DNA of 56,064 nucleotides from an uncultured Bacilli bacterium (GCA_947632415.1 CANRPB010000002.1:1-56064); one strand, 5' to 3'; numbered from the stretch's first letter, positions 7,214 through 17,245 are shown. Notes: a model not told the origin generated them from the sequence alone. Translations and numbers: made by a program.

Positions 7214-7682
7214 CAAATAAACTCCCAAAAATATTTTCTAATGCATTATGTATATTTTCAGCTACTTCACTTAATGAAGCCGTTTCATCGTCCCTTTTTT
7301 CTACCTCATCAATAGTAGAATCAATTAACTTTAAACCTATTCCAATTTTTGCATAATAAGATAATTTGTATTCAGGATTTAAATTTCGTCCATAATTCTC
7401 TAATACTCTTTTAATATAATTAAAACTTTCTATTATCTCTTTTGCATCTTTGTTGTTTTTAACACCATCAGTTAAACCATCTACTAATGATTTACCAGCA
7501 TCCTTTGCTTCACATTTACAAACATGTCTTCCCAACAACCAGTTTATAACAGAGATACAATCTTCCAGATCTTCTGATTTTAAATTTAATTTATCCAAAC
7601 ACTGTAATAAATTATTTATATTACTTTTTAATTTCAACAAGTCAATTTCTTTTCCGTCTTTTATCTGTATTTTTGTCAACAT
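7206..7682 (-). CDS. Hypothetical protein (158 aa)
   Basis: Helical, no motif recognised. Confidence 0.55.
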   Translation of the reverse strand: MLTKIQIKDGKEIDLLKLKSNINNLLQCLDKLNLKSEDLEDCISVINWLLGRHVCKCEAKDAGKSLVDGLTDGVKNNKDAKEIIESFNYIKRVLENYGRNLNPEYKLSYYAKIGIGLKLIDSTIDEVEKRDDETASLSEVAENIHNALENIFGSLFDA

Positions 7683-7926
7683 TTTCTTTCTCCTTTAATT
7701 TGCTGTTATTTGTTATCCTCTGCATGTCTTCCTTTTGTTTTATTTTACCGTTGTACATACAACTGGCCTTTAATGTTTTATTAAATAAAACATCCACACA
7801 GTCTTTACACAATGTAAATATTTCACCACATAACATTAAGTCATACATTTCAGGAGTATTTTTATACAGCGTGTTACATTCATCACACCGACTATTTTTA
7901 TTTTTATTTATTTTCATTTTCACCAT
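7642..7926 (-). CDS. Zinc-ribbon protein (94 aa)
   Basis: CDECNTLY...CKDC pair; basic C-terminus. Confidence 0.55.
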   Translation of the reverse strand: MVKMKINKNKNSRCDECNTLYKNTPEMYDLMLCGEIFTLCKDCVDVLFNKTLKASCMYNGKIKQKEDMQRITNNSKLKEKENVDKNTDKRRKRN

Positions 7927-8018
7927 TTTATTTTACCTCGTTATCCACATAATTAAAAGTAAAATAACCATTGCTAATAATACACAACCATCAAAAGCAA
8001 CAAGAAATTTTAATAAAG

Positions 8019-8183
8019 TCATGGAATAATACCTCCCAATTTTTTATCCAGAATAATAACCTGATTTTCTATTTTATTTCCATCACCAGAACTAACAATA
8101 GTTCCAATAATATCATATTTATCAAACGTTTTATCCAACAGGTTAACAAGTTCATTTTTAGTTATTCTTCTTGTACTTACCAT
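8019..8183 (-). CDS. Small hypothetical protein (54 aa, below the ORF-track cutoff)
   Basis: Hand translation MVSTRRITKNELVNLLDKTFDKYDIIGTIVSSGDGNKIENQVIILDKKLGGIIP; start 1 nt after the upstream stop. Confidence 0.4.
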   Translation of the reverse strand: MVSTRRITKNELVNLLDKTFDKYDIIGTIVSSGDGNKIENQVIILDKKLGGIIP

Positions 8184-8184
8184 T

Positions 8185-8523
8185 TTACAACCCTCCTATT
8201 AAGATATTTGCTATTTTTGTTAAATACACCTTATCTTTTTCCTTTAACCTGTCGTACAAATGGAATCCTGTACTTCCATCAAAGTCATACATACAGTAAT
8301 AGTATTGTGTTTGTTTCAGTTCCAATTTATCCATTTGCTTTTGATATTTTACCAGTTGTTTACAAACAGAGTCAAATACTTTATCTGTTATAATGGAAGT
8401 GTCTAACACATAATACAAAATGCTGTGTACAATCACAAACCTTTGTAACCATTCTACAATCATAATATCTGTCCAATAGGTATAAGGCATTTTATCAAAA
8501 TTAAAACCTTCTTTATTCTCCAT
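8185..8523 (-). CDS. Hypothetical protein (112 aa from MENKEG)
   Basis: GGTGGTAAAAAGG before the ATG; no motif. Confidence 0.55.
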   Translation of the reverse strand: MENKEGFNFDKMPYTYWTDIMIVEWLQRFVIVHSILYYVLDTSIITDKVFDSVCKQLVKYQKQMDKLELKQTQYYYCMYDFDGSTGFHLYDRLKEKDKVYLTKIANILIGGL

Positions 8524-8693
8524 CCTTTTTACCACCAAATTTGTCTAGTATTTCAAATAACACATATAAATCACAAATACCAGTTAATACCATAAAAATA
8601 ATTACACATGTTAAACCAAATATCTCCATTTTATTATACCTACCTTTCTTAAATAAGATCTTATATATTATATATAATATTTATTATATTATG

Positions 8694-8722
8694 ATTATAA
8701 CACAAAGTAAAATTGTTGTCAA
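8694..8722 (-). promoter_or_regulatory. Sigma-70-type promoter TTGACA-N17-TGtTATAAT (full consensus, extended -10)
   Basis: Minus strand reads TTGACAacaattttactttgtgtTATAAT. Confidence 0.75.
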
Positions 8723-8872
8723 CTATTTTATTAAAAATTTTTTATATTTTTTTAACCCATTCCATAAGGCCGTATTTTGCCCATATAGGGATTTTATGGT
8801 TGTTGTGGATATTTATACCACCAATGGATTTCAAGTGGCTATTTGGGGCTGCTGGTGGGTCTGGTGGGTATC

Positions 8873-9100
8873 CTATCCCTTTTTAACCCTAACCTTTTTA
8901 TGGGTGTTACTACCATTAATGGGTTGTGTTTTTAACCTTTTGTTTCTATTCTTTATCATGGTATCACTAACCATGTTATCTATCCTTTGTTCTTTTAACC
9001 TTTTGTTGTTTTTTTCTACTTCCTCTAAATATAATGGACAGTCTATATGACAAGTTATTGTTCTATTTTTACAATTATAACAAACATGGAAAGCCACCAC
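8873..9100 (-). CDS. Cys-rich basic protein (75 aa)
   Basis: CYNCKNRTITCHIDC then a Lys/Arg-rich tail; GTG start. Confidence 0.5.
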   Translation of the reverse strand: MVAFHVCYNCKNRTITCHIDCPLYLEEVEKNNKRLKEQRIDNMVSDTMIKNRNKRLKTQPINGSNTHKKVRVKKG

Positions 9101-9714
9101 TATTTTTCCTCCTTTAATAATTGTTTGGAAACAGGAATAAAACCATATAAGGAAATACAGATACTATCAGCAATGTTATCATTATAAGTATAACGTTCCC
9201 CATGTTTTTCTATTACCCCTTTTGTTTTCTTTGATGTAACTGGTTCTTTTATTTTGGATTTATAACCATTCTTGATACACCATAATATTGTTGGATATTT
9301 TTTAGAGTCAATACCATATGGGTTGTCTAATCCTTTTGAATTACCAACAATGGATGATTTCCAAGCACGTGTGTCAACAGAATATACAGGATAATCAAAG
9401 GTTGTAGCTGTATCTACAATCAAGGCATTTAAAGCACCAATGGATTTTATATAGTCAATGTTAATAAATCCTTGGGAACGTAAACGAATTCTTTCTATAA
9501 TAACAATAACATCTGCATCCTTATCCTTGGACAAAATATGGACAGTACTAAAAACATTAAACAAACGTTTTTGAAGTTCTTTCCTTTTTTCAGAATTGGA
9601 TTTATATTTTTCTAAACATAAATGGGAAGCTGTTTTTAATTTGTTATTATAGGAAACAGATATCCCTGTATCTTTATAACTTTGATCTATACCAATTACA
9701 ATTTTATTTTTCAT
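9100..9714 (-). CDS. RuvC-like Holliday junction resolvase (candidate)
   Basis: MKNKIVIGIDQSYKDTGISV N-terminus and VIVIIERIR strand as in phage RuvC-fold resolvases. Confidence 0.5.
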   Translation of the reverse strand: MKNKIVIGIDQSYKDTGISVSYNNKLKTASHLCLEKYKSNSEKRKELQKRLFNVFSTVHILSKDKDADVIVIIERIRLRSQGFINIDYIKSIGALNALIVDTATTFDYPVYSVDTRAWKSSIVGNSKGLDNPYGIDSKKYPTILWCIKNGYKSKIKEPVTSKKTKGVIEKHGERYTYNDNIADSICISLYGFIPVSKQLLKEEK

Positions 9715-9890
9715 AACCCCATATCCTCTATTTCCTTTACCCATCCTTCTTTAACCCATTTTTCAGGGCACATTCCTTTATAACATTCAAACCTGGAATA
9801 GCCTTCCTTATATTTACCATAAACATGTGGTGGAGCTGTTTCCGTTGGAATAAATACATGTCCTTGTTTTGCATAAATATATTTACACAC
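9711..9890 (-). CDS. Small Cys-containing protein (59 aa, GTG start, below the ORF-track cutoff)
   Basis: Hand translation ...GHVFIPTETAPPHVYGKYKEGYSRFECYKGMCPEKWVKEGWVKEIEDMGL; GGAGGG 10 nt upstream; ATGA coupling to the next gene. Confidence 0.35.
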   Translation of the reverse strand: MCKYIYAKQGHVFIPTETAPPHVYGKYKEGYSRFECYKGMCPEKWVKEGWVKEIEDMGL

Positions 9891-10206
9891 TTTTCTTAAC
9901 CCTCCTTAAATATTCAATACATTTTTGTTTGGAACTGAATACAGGATAACTAAAACCAAACCTTGGAGCTTTTTCACTATTTAAATATTTTTCATAAAAG
10001 AAACCAAATTCATAAAGTTTTGCATTACTTCCAAATATTTTATCCTTATCCAATTCCATTTTTACTTGATTAAAATTATACATGATACTGTCTTCAAATA
10101 TATTTATTTTATTTATAATACCAGAAAATACAACAATATGTTTCTTTGGATCTCCATACACAAAATATATTTTATCACCAATATCCAACTTGGTTTCTAT
10201 CTTCAT
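9883..10206 (-). CDS. Hypothetical protein (107 aa)
   Basis: ORF, coupled starts; no motif. Confidence 0.55.
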   Translation of the reverse strand: MKIETKLDIGDKIYFVYGDPKKHIVVFSGIINKINIFEDSIMYNFNQVKMELDKDKIFGSNAKLYEFGFFYEKYLNSEKAPRFGFSYPVFSSKQKCIEYLRRVKKSV

Positions 10207-10499
10207 AAAATTTCCTCACAAAATATTTCCTTCATTTTATTTACCGTTTCAATAAATGCATTATACCTTTTTGTAAAATCCTGTACATTATAAATATTTT
10301 CATGTTCACCAGATGTAAGAAAACCATTCATCTGTTTATTTGTATAAATAAATTCATATTGTTCATCTTGGTATACCTTAACAATAATATCTTCTTCTGT
10401 ATCAATAAACATAAATCCAGGTCTACTTTGTGAAAAATCTACATACAAATAATCGAACCCTTTAAAAGCCATAAATTCAATAATGCTTATTTTTGCCAT
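10203..10499 (-). CDS. Hypothetical protein (98 aa)
   Basis: ORF, no motif. Confidence 0.55.
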   Translation of the reverse strand: MAKISIIEFMAFKGFDYLYVDFSQSRPGFMFIDTEEDIIVKVYQDEQYEFIYTNKQMNGFLTSGEHENIYNVQDFTKRYNAFIETVNKMKEIFCEEIL

Positions 10500-10515
10500 T
10501 TTAAATTTTTCTCCT

Positions 10516-11376
10516 TTATATTTTTACCCTTCCCATACCAATGTTATAACAAGCATCACGCATTGGACATTTCTCAGCCATTTTACAAGTTGATGAATCA
10601 CATTCCTTATGTCGAGGAACCATTTTATGTTCTTCCTTAAATACATTATAATAATACTGGATTGATTCACAACGTTCTATAAATGGAGCTACCGTTTCAG
10701 GCTCATAATCATAAACAAATGTTTTAAATTCCTGAGCCCCTTTATCATCACATAAAACAAATCCCTTTTTATAGTCATTTGATTTTGTATTTAACACCCC
10801 TTTTGCTTTTTGACACAAATACATATACCATTGTAATTGTTTGTGTCCTGAGGGGTGTGAAGCCATTTTCTTAAACTGGAATGGATTTACCGATTTAATT
10901 TCAACCACCATTGCACCATCATAAAATTCAGGAATTTTACAAACAACATCAGGGGTATAGCTTATTTTGAAATCATCATCAAACCGTGTATAGTCCAATG
11001 TTTTTGCTTTTGCATATCCAGCACGGATAAATAACCTCTGCCATTTTTCATGGATTGCATTACCCTCTGCAAATATACGCATTAAACTTACAGGCAATTG
11101 TTCCCCTTGTAATTGTTTGTACAATAAACTTAAAACCTGTTGTCTTACACAAAACTGTTTATCCGATACAATAATTGCAGAAGCATGAAGTCCAATTCTT
11201 TCCGTTGTATCAGAACCACGTGTCATTACTTGTTTTACAAATTTTGTTTCTTCATCAATGTTTTTATCTAAGTAAAACATTTTATTTAATATGCCTTCAA
11301 GTTTTGCTGATTCAGATGATTGTACTTTAGAACCAGTCTTTACAGCATCGTTTTTAATATCATTTATTATTCCCAT
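10516..11376 (-). CDS. Cas4/AddB-type PD-(D/E)XK exonuclease with Cys cluster
   Basis: YTPDVV...VVEIKS nuclease core; N-terminal FCVRQ Cys plus C-terminal CDSSTCKMAEKCPMRDAC cluster. Confidence 0.65.
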   Translation of the reverse strand: MGIINDIKNDAVKTGSKVQSSESAKLEGILNKMFYLDKNIDEETKFVKQVMTRGSDTTERIGLHASAIIVSDKQFCVRQQVLSLLYKQLQGEQLPVSLMRIFAEGNAIHEKWQRLFIRAGYAKAKTLDYTRFDDDFKISYTPDVVCKIPEFYDGAMVVEIKSVNPFQFKKMASHPSGHKQLQWYMYLCQKAKGVLNTKSNDYKKGFVLCDDKGAQEFKTFVYDYEPETVAPFIERCESIQYYYNVFKEEHKMVPRHKECDSSTCKMAEKCPMRDACYNIGMGRVKI

Positions 11377-11809
11377 TATTAGCCTCCCATACAACACCTT
11401 TATGTGATATTACTTTTTGTATTCCAGAGTTAGCTAACATTCGTTTACATATCGGACAAGGTTCAACATCAATATACATATTTACCTTATCACCACTGTC
11501 CTCATATCCAGATAAATACATAACCGAACCAATCATATCCTTTCTGGAAGCAGATAACATTGCATTTTGTTCAGCATGAACGGAGCAACAATCAGAATAG
11601 TCACCAGAGTTATGTGGTTTATTCAATCTTTTACATTGACCCAAATCACAACAATTTATCCCCCCCCTTGGAGAACCATTAAATCCTGTTGCAATTATTT
11701 CATCATTCTTTACAATGATACATCCATACTTACGTTTTAAACAACTACTTCTAAGTGATACTGAAAATGCTATTCCTAAATAATAATCAGTCTTTGATAT
11801 TCTTTTCAC
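11360..11809 (-). CDS. dCMP (deoxycytidylate) deaminase
   Basis: CSVHAEQNAM and EPCPICKRM = HAE / PCxxC zinc motifs of the cytidine/dCMP deaminase family. Confidence 0.85.
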   Translation of the reverse strand: MKRISKTDYYLGIAFSVSLRSSCLKRKYGCIIVKNDEIIATGFNGSPRGGINCCDLGQCKRLNKPHNSGDYSDCCSVHAEQNAMLSASRKDMIGSVMYLSGYEDSGDKVNMYIDVEPCPICKRMLANSGIQKVISHKGVVWEANNGNNK

Positions 11810-12116
11810 AGTACTCCTTCATCCTTTCCAACATTTCCTCTTGTTCCAAGGATAAATCAAAATCCAGTTCATTTAATTCAAAAGCTTTATCAATATACCA
11901 CTTTGCTTTTTTTAAATCCTCTATTCCATTTTTACTTTTGTATCTCCAAGTATATTTAAAAGCATTACACAAACAAAAATTTATAACAGCCATAGAACCA
12001 AAAACAACTTCCATCATTTCAATACATTCTAATGAACAGTTTTCATAATGCTTAGGATGATTTACATTATCCCGTTCATCTTCATCTTTATAATCAAAAT
12101 AACCAGCACCAATCAC
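11787..12116 (-). CDS. DUF3310-like phage protein
   Basis: NHPKHY...NAFKYTWRYKSKNGIEDLKKAKWY matches the DUF3310 signature as I recall it. Confidence 0.55.
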   Translation of the reverse strand: MIGAGYFDYKDEDERDNVNHPKHYENCSLECIEMMEVVFGSMAVINFCLCNAFKYTWRYKSKNGIEDLKKAKWYIDKAFELNELDFDLSLEQEEMLERMKEYCEKNIKD

Positions 12117-13063
12117 TCTTCCTCATCCTCCATTTCAAATTCTTTTGGAACACGTTTGCCAAATTGTTCTGCACGTTGTTTCATTATCTCTTTTCTTATA
12201 CTCGGAACATCATCAAAGGAAACAAAGCCACGGTCAAATATTAAAGGAATTTCACATTCACCCATCGGGTTACATACTTTTGATTTAACAACTTTACATT
12301 TCATTATTAAACCAATCTTTTCAGTGGTTGCAGAATTATGTGGATCTTTGTTTGGTATTTCAATCCATGACTTCCTTGCAACCTGAATACGTAAAGAACA
12401 AGCATGTTTTAATTTACGTCCACCAGGAGTATCAGTTTTTTCACCAAACATCATTGCATTCATTTTATCCCTTACCTGATTGATAAATATAACCGTTGTC
12501 CCTGTTACCTCAATAATTTCCTCAATCGTTGGTAAGTATTTGTTCATCAATCGTGCAGTACCACCAATACGTTGTTCTTCAATAGAATCCTTTTCAGCAG
12601 ATTTCAAAACCTTTTCCGCATCTTCCTTAGGAACCATACTTGGAACACTATCAATACCAATTAACGGAATACCTTCATGTGCAAATTTAATTGTTTTATT
12701 GAAAGCATCCTCCCCATACTTCGCACGATAAATCAACATTTGCTTTTGTCTGTTACCAAATACCTTTGCCCTTGCTGCATCAAACGTTCCTTCAATTGGA
12801 ATATCCAAACACAAACTATGCAAACCACATAAGTGATATAACAATGTTGTTTTACCAGAACTTTCAGGACCAAATATTTCAACTACCCTACCTTCAGGCA
12901 TTCCACCACCAATGATTGCATCAAGGTCTTCTATTCCAGTACTCCAACGATTAATTTTTAAATTTGCATTTTCTGAACCAATTGTATAAATACTACCTTT
13001 TCCTTCCTTTTTATTTATCTGATTGCACAATTGGATTATTGCTTCCTTGTTCGTCTTTGCCAT
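12113..13063 (-). CDS. recA: RecA-family recombinase
   Basis: VVEIFGPESSGKTTLL Walker A, LIGIDSV, GGTARLMNKYL; RecA-like length. Confidence 0.8.
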   Translation of the reverse strand: MAKTNKEAIIQLCNQINKKEGKGSIYTIGSENANLKINRWSTGIEDLDAIIGGGMPEGRVVEIFGPESSGKTTLLYHLCGLHSLCLDIPIEGTFDAARAKVFGNRQKQMLIYRAKYGEDAFNKTIKFAHEGIPLIGIDSVPSMVPKEDAEKVLKSAEKDSIEEQRIGGTARLMNKYLPTIEEIIEVTGTTVIFINQVRDKMNAMMFGEKTDTPGGRKLKHACSLRIQVARKSWIEIPNKDPHNSATTEKIGLIMKCKVVKSKVCNPMGECEIPLIFDRGFVSFDDVPSIRKEIMKQRAEQFGKRVPKEFEMEDEEE

Positions 13064-13331
13064 TTTCACCACACCACTTTCTTTTTAAATATACTTCATG
13101 ATTCAAAACAAAACATCTAACAGAATTATTAAATCCATGAAATTTTATAGTGTTCATAATACACCTTGCCATTGAATCACCATTATCATAATGGCACTCC
13201 GTATCTTTAACTTTTACACAATCATTATCTGACTGAATAAAATTATCCAAGATACGTAACACTTCACCTTTTTTCTTTTTCATCTTTCTACCAGCATTCA
13301 AATCCAGCTCATCATAATTAACTTTTTCCAT
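13011..13331 (-). CDS. Hypothetical protein (106 aa)
   Basis: ORF overlapping the recA start by ~50 nt; no motif. Confidence 0.5.
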   Translation of the reverse strand: MEKVNYDELDLNAGRKMKKKKGEVLRILDNFIQSDNDCVKVKDTECHYDNGDSMARCIMNTIKFHGFNNSVRCFVLNHEVYLKRKWCGENGKDEQGSNNPIVQSDK

Positions 13332-13339
13332 TACTAACA

Positions 13340-13780
13340 TTATTTAATTACCTCCCCAATAACATCCTGTACTTTATCTCTTACCTTAACCCATTCATTA
13401 AATGTAATACCATCACAATCATATTTTTCCTGCAGATTATAAAAACACTGTAACAAATATCGTTCCGTGTGCCAACCAGCAAATAACTCATCATGTGTTA
13501 TTGCAGAACCAACCTGCATTTCCTCAGGATTAACATAATCATAAATCTTTTTCCTTGATTCATCGGATATATTAAAACCACGATTAAACATTTCATTTAC
13601 AACCATACAGCAATAGTTATAAAAGTGGGATTTATTATAATCCATTACTTTATTTACAAGGATATGATTAGGCGTTCCATGTTTCATAATGTTTACAGCA
13701 ATTGCACAACATTCACGCCACTGTGCTAATAACTGTTTATCTGGAAGTACATCAATTAAATCTTTATGCCACATTCTCAT
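13340..13780 (-). CDS. T4 endonuclease V (DenV)-like pyrimidine-dimer DNA glycosylase family protein
   Basis: LIDVLPDKQLLAQWRE and EMFNRGFNISD parallel T4 DenV L..EL.DQHLMAEYRE and ECLKRGFNIKD. Confidence 0.55.
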   Translation of the reverse strand: MRMWHKDLIDVLPDKQLLAQWRECCAIAVNIMKHGTPNHILVNKVMDYNKSHFYNYCCMVVNEMFNRGFNISDESRKKIYDYVNPEEMQVGSAITHDELFAGWHTERYLLQCFYNLQEKYDCDGITFNEWVKVRDKVQDVIGEVIK

Positions 13781-13968
13781 TATACATCCCTCCCCATTGA
13801 ATGATACATCTCAGAAACCTTCAAATACATTTCCGCAAAATCATCAAGACGTGCATTCAATTCATTAAGAATCAAATCATGTGGCATAAGTGACAATATC
13901 AATGCTTTATCATCGTCACTCGCATCATTTACAAAATTTACTATTGCTTCGTTTTCCATTTTACCCAT
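13780..13968 (-). CDS. Hypothetical acidic protein (62 aa)
   Basis: GGAGGGTGACAAA RBS context, downstream of promoter 14013..14041. Confidence 0.5.
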   Translation of the reverse strand: MGKMENEAIVNFVNDASDDDKALILSLMPHDLILNELNARLDDFAEMYLKVSEMYHSMGRDV

Positions 13969-14012
13969 TTTGTCACCCTCCTAGGTTTTTACATTTTTTT
14001 ATTTACAAACAT

Positions 14013-14041
14013 ATTATACCACACAATATCAAATTTGTAAA
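14013..14041 (-). promoter_or_regulatory. Sigma-70-type promoter TTTACA-N17-TGgTATAAT
   Basis: Minus strand reads TTTACAaatttgatattgtgtggTATAAT. Confidence 0.65.
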
Positions 14042-14172
14042 CCATTTAATTTTTCTTTTTTAATTTCATTCAATGTTTCAGTTAATTCATTTAAATCACA
14101 ACTACAACAAAACTCACCATTTAATTCAATTTCGTAATGATCTTTTACTCTTTTAACATTTAACTCTTCCAT
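14029..14172 (-). CDS. Small hypothetical protein (47 aa, below the ORF-track cutoff)
   Basis: Hand translation MEELNVKRVKDHYEIELNGEFCCSCDLNELTETLNEIKKEKLNGLQI; TAATG coupling to the upstream gene. Confidence 0.35.
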   Translation of the reverse strand: MEELNVKRVKDHYEIELNGEFCCSCDLNELTETLNEIKKEKLNGLQI

Positions 14173-14399
14173 TACACTACCCTATTTACAAAAGCATTTT
14201 TATCATGTTGAAGTATTTGTTTATAATAATCATTTCCTTCATCTTTTGATACAATTTTATCAACATTTTCTGTTTCATTTATTATCTTATAATATTTTTC
14301 ATGTTTTACATCATCTTCAAATGTATAAAACTTTGCTTTTGCTATCCTGCTATTTTCTAATCTGTATGTTACAACAACTAATTTAATCAAGCTTTTCAT
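14172..14399 (-). CDS. Hypothetical protein (75 aa from MKSLIK)
   Basis: GGTGGTG RBS after the polymerase stop. Confidence 0.5.
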   Translation of the reverse strand: MKSLIKLVVVTYRLENSRIAKAKFYTFEDDVKHEKYYKIINETENVDKIVSKDEGNDYYKQILQHDKNAFVNRVV

Positions 14400-14406
14400 A
14401 CACCAC

Positions 14407-17160
14407 CTATTTAAATGTTCTTGCCAACAGTGCACTGTTATATTTTGTTACCCTACTGATAAAAGTCTTTTTATTAAATTCAGCTGCACCATATTCTTTT
14501 ATAATTCTTATTACACGTTCATTCACAACTCTTGATTTACAACGATCATAAAAATTATCAAAAGAAGTAAATATACCATTGGCAATTCTTTCGGCAACAA
14601 TTTCCGTTGCAGCTTTTTCACCAACACCTTTTAATTCAGCCAAACCACGTTGCAAACACTCTTCCCCATCCACTTTTCTTATTTTCATTTTAATATCAGA
14701 ATAATTTATATGCGGCAAGAATACAACCAAGTTATCTTGTACAGCTAAACTACAAAACTTATCATAATCATCTTCGTTTGGTGCATATTTAATTTTACAG
14801 AACCAGAATTTTGTTGGGTGATACACTTTATAATAACACTCTTCAACACCAATCAATGAATAACCAACAGCGTGTCCTTTATTAAATGAATATACCAACA
14901 TAGTATCAAATACTTCCTGTGCTTGTTGTTTTGACAAACCATTCTTTAAAGCACCTTTTACAAATTTTTCATTCAATTCCTTTTTGTTCCGTTCAAATTC
15001 AGCTTTTGCATCTTCACTTTGTGATTGTCCACCAATCATCTTCATTACCTTATCAGCATCCCCCCATGTCATATTACCAATGTTTACACATATCTGTTGA
15101 ATTTGTTCCTGATATATAACAGCCCCATATGATTCCTGTGTATAATTATAATAAACACTTTGTTTTGCTTCTTCCAAATTAAATTTATTTTCTGCATATG
15201 TTTCAGGCATTTTCATTTTCAAAGGGCCTGGCCTATTCATTGCATTAGCAGCCACAATATCATCAAAGGAACTACAATTTATTTTTACCAAAATATCACG
15301 TACTGCTTTTTTATCAAACTGGAATATTCCAATGGTATCCCCATTTTCAAACCTGCTTAATATTTTATCATCTTTTACAATATCATCATAATTAACTTTA
15401 ACACCAGTCTCTTCCCTTAATTCACCAAGTTCTTCCATTGTATTAAGACCCAGCATATCAAATTTAATTACATGTATATTTTCCATATCGTTCAAATCGT
15501 AATTGGTATATATATCGCCCGACTTATCAATACGCAACGCCGTATAATCCAATATATCCCCACCAGTAACGGCAACACCTGCAGCGTGTGTACCAATGAA
15601 ACGCATTTTCTTATACAGCTTTGTAAAATGTGTCATGATATTATCATATTGTGAATTATACATCCTGGATTCACGGTTCTTTAACAATCCCTCTGCATTT
15701 AAATTTCCATCTTCATCAATATACTCATTACACAACGATTTTATTTTTGCAATTTCTTTTTTGTTATCCGCAACTTCACTCGGGTCAACTTCTTTATCCG
15801 TTGGCAAACCACAAACCTTTGACAAATCATTTATTAAATTATCAACTTTATACAAACCATAACTAGCAATCCTTGCCGTTTTCCCTTTATATTTATTTAT
15901 TACATACTCAATTACTTCATGCCTCCTTGATGTTTCAAAATCCATATCAATATCAGGCATTTTCTTTTTATCCTCACGCAAGAATCGTCTAAAATCCAAA
16001 CCAAACAACAGACTATCAACTTCCGTGATTCCTAACGCATATGCAATCAAACAGTTACAAGCAGAACCACGCCCAGGACCTACATTGATTCCCTGTTTCT
16101 TTGCCCAGTTTACATAGTCCGCAACGATCAAAAAATAATCATGGAAACCTAATGAATTAATTACTTTATATTCATCTTGTACACGAGATATATAATCAAG
16201 TCCTGTTTCTGGATGTTTATGTGTCCACTTCCCACGTTTTGACAATCCCTGTTTTATTTTCTTTTTTATCAATGCATCAGAATCATCACTGAACTTTGGA
16301 AGTAACTGTTGTAAATCTTTAAATATATCATCATCAACTTTATCTTCAATTTCTTTTAAGTTATTTATCATTTGTTTTCCAACACGTTCTACATTTACAA
16401 AATCATCACCATGCATTTTTACAAAACGATTATACAAGTCCTTATCTGACGGCATATAACGTTCCTTATACGTTGCGGCAATATGTTCAATGTCATGTTT
16501 GGATATTTCATGCATTTTCAAATATGTATCAAAATCTTCCTTCCTACCCCTGTGTGAATCGGAAGTCAATATGCATTTCACATTTAATTTTCTACCAATA
16601 TTTATTGCCATTACATTTACTTTTTGTTGCAAACCTAATTCAGATATTTTATATGGTTGTACCTCAATATAAAAATCATCTCCAAAAATATCAACCATCT
16701 TTTTTACAAATTTTTCCGCTTGTTTAATTTTATCATCTTTTAAACATTGTCCTAAATATCCAGCAATACAAGCTGATGTACATATAATTCCTTCATGGTA
16801 TTTTTCCAACATTTCAAATGTCCATATTGGATTATAATATTTTATCTTTTCCCCTTCATATTGTAATTCATTCAAGTTATGATAACCAACATGGTTCTTT
16901 GCAAACAAACATAAATGATAACCCCTGTTTTGTTCTTTATACACAGGTAGGAAATATCCTTCCACCCCAAGTACTGGTTTTATACCAACATCCTTACAAG
17001 CCATATAATGTTGTACCAGTCCATTTGTATTACCATGATTAGAAATGCCTAATGCCGTGTGTCCAAGTTCCTTTGCCAATTTAGCTAACTCTGTTGCTTT
17101 TCCAAAACCATCAAATGTAGAATATTCATCATGTCTATGTAAATCCATACCATCCTCCAT
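14407..17160 (-). CDS. dnaE: DNA polymerase III alpha-type (DnaE-like) replicative polymerase, 917 aa
   Basis: PHP domain DLHRHDEYSTFDGFG and SNHGN; core motifs GPGRGSACNCLIAYALGIT and MPDIDMDF. Confidence 0.9.
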   Translation of the reverse strand: MEDGMDLHRHDEYSTFDGFGKATELAKLAKELGHTALGISNHGNTNGLVQHYMACKDVGIKPVLGVEGYFLPVYKEQNRGYHLCLFAKNHVGYHNLNELQYEGEKIKYYNPIWTFEMLEKYHEGIICTSACIAGYLGQCLKDDKIKQAEKFVKKMVDIFGDDFYIEVQPYKISELGLQQKVNVMAINIGRKLNVKCILTSDSHRGRKEDFDTYLKMHEISKHDIEHIAATYKERYMPSDKDLYNRFVKMHGDDFVNVERVGKQMINNLKEIEDKVDDDIFKDLQQLLPKFSDDSDALIKKKIKQGLSKRGKWTHKHPETGLDYISRVQDEYKVINSLGFHDYFLIVADYVNWAKKQGINVGPGRGSACNCLIAYALGITEVDSLLFGLDFRRFLREDKKKMPDIDMDFETSRRHEVIEYVINKYKGKTARIASYGLYKVDNLINDLSKVCGLPTDKEVDPSEVADNKKEIAKIKSLCNEYIDEDGNLNAEGLLKNRESRMYNSQYDNIMTHFTKLYKKMRFIGTHAAGVAVTGGDILDYTALRIDKSGDIYTNYDLNDMENIHVIKFDMLGLNTMEELGELREETGVKVNYDDIVKDDKILSRFENGDTIGIFQFDKKAVRDILVKINCSSFDDIVAANAMNRPGPLKMKMPETYAENKFNLEEAKQSVYYNYTQESYGAVIYQEQIQQICVNIGNMTWGDADKVMKMIGGQSQSEDAKAEFERNKKELNEKFVKGALKNGLSKQQAQEVFDTMLVYSFNKGHAVGYSLIGVEECYYKVYHPTKFWFCKIKYAPNEDDYDKFCSLAVQDNLVVFLPHINYSDIKMKIRKVDGEECLQRGLAELKGVGEKAATEIVAERIANGIFTSFDNFYDRCKSRVVNERVIRIIKEYGAAEFNKKTFISRVTKYNSALLARTFK

Positions 17161-17216
17161 TTAACAAACAAAGGGCAGCTTTTCAACCGCCCTATTAAAT
17201 TTGTTTTCATAATCAT

Positions 17217-17245
17217 ATTATATCACATAAAAACAAATTTTGCAA
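17217..17245 (-). promoter_or_regulatory. Sigma-70-type promoter TTGCAA-N17-TGaTATAAT upstream of dnaE
   Basis: Minus strand reads TTGCAAaatttgtttttatgtgaTATAAT; a short GC hairpin plus T run lies between it and the dnaE start. Confidence 0.65.

Noticed and set aside
7941-7949. Perfect DnaA box TTATCCACA (and a near-match TGTGGATAT at about 8806-8814)
   Set aside because: There is a single exact copy inside a small ORF. One or two 9-mers of this composition are expected by chance in 56 kb of AT-rich DNA, and there is no cluster.
8851-8858. E. coli Chi octamer GCTGGTGG (in the tandem CTGGTGGGT CTGGTGGGT), and the Lactococcus-type Chi GCGCGTG at 165-171
   Set aside because: Chi sequences are host-specific and the host is unknown. 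These are single occurrences in G-rich patches and are most simply coincidental. I noted only the CTGGTGGGT tandem duplication itself.
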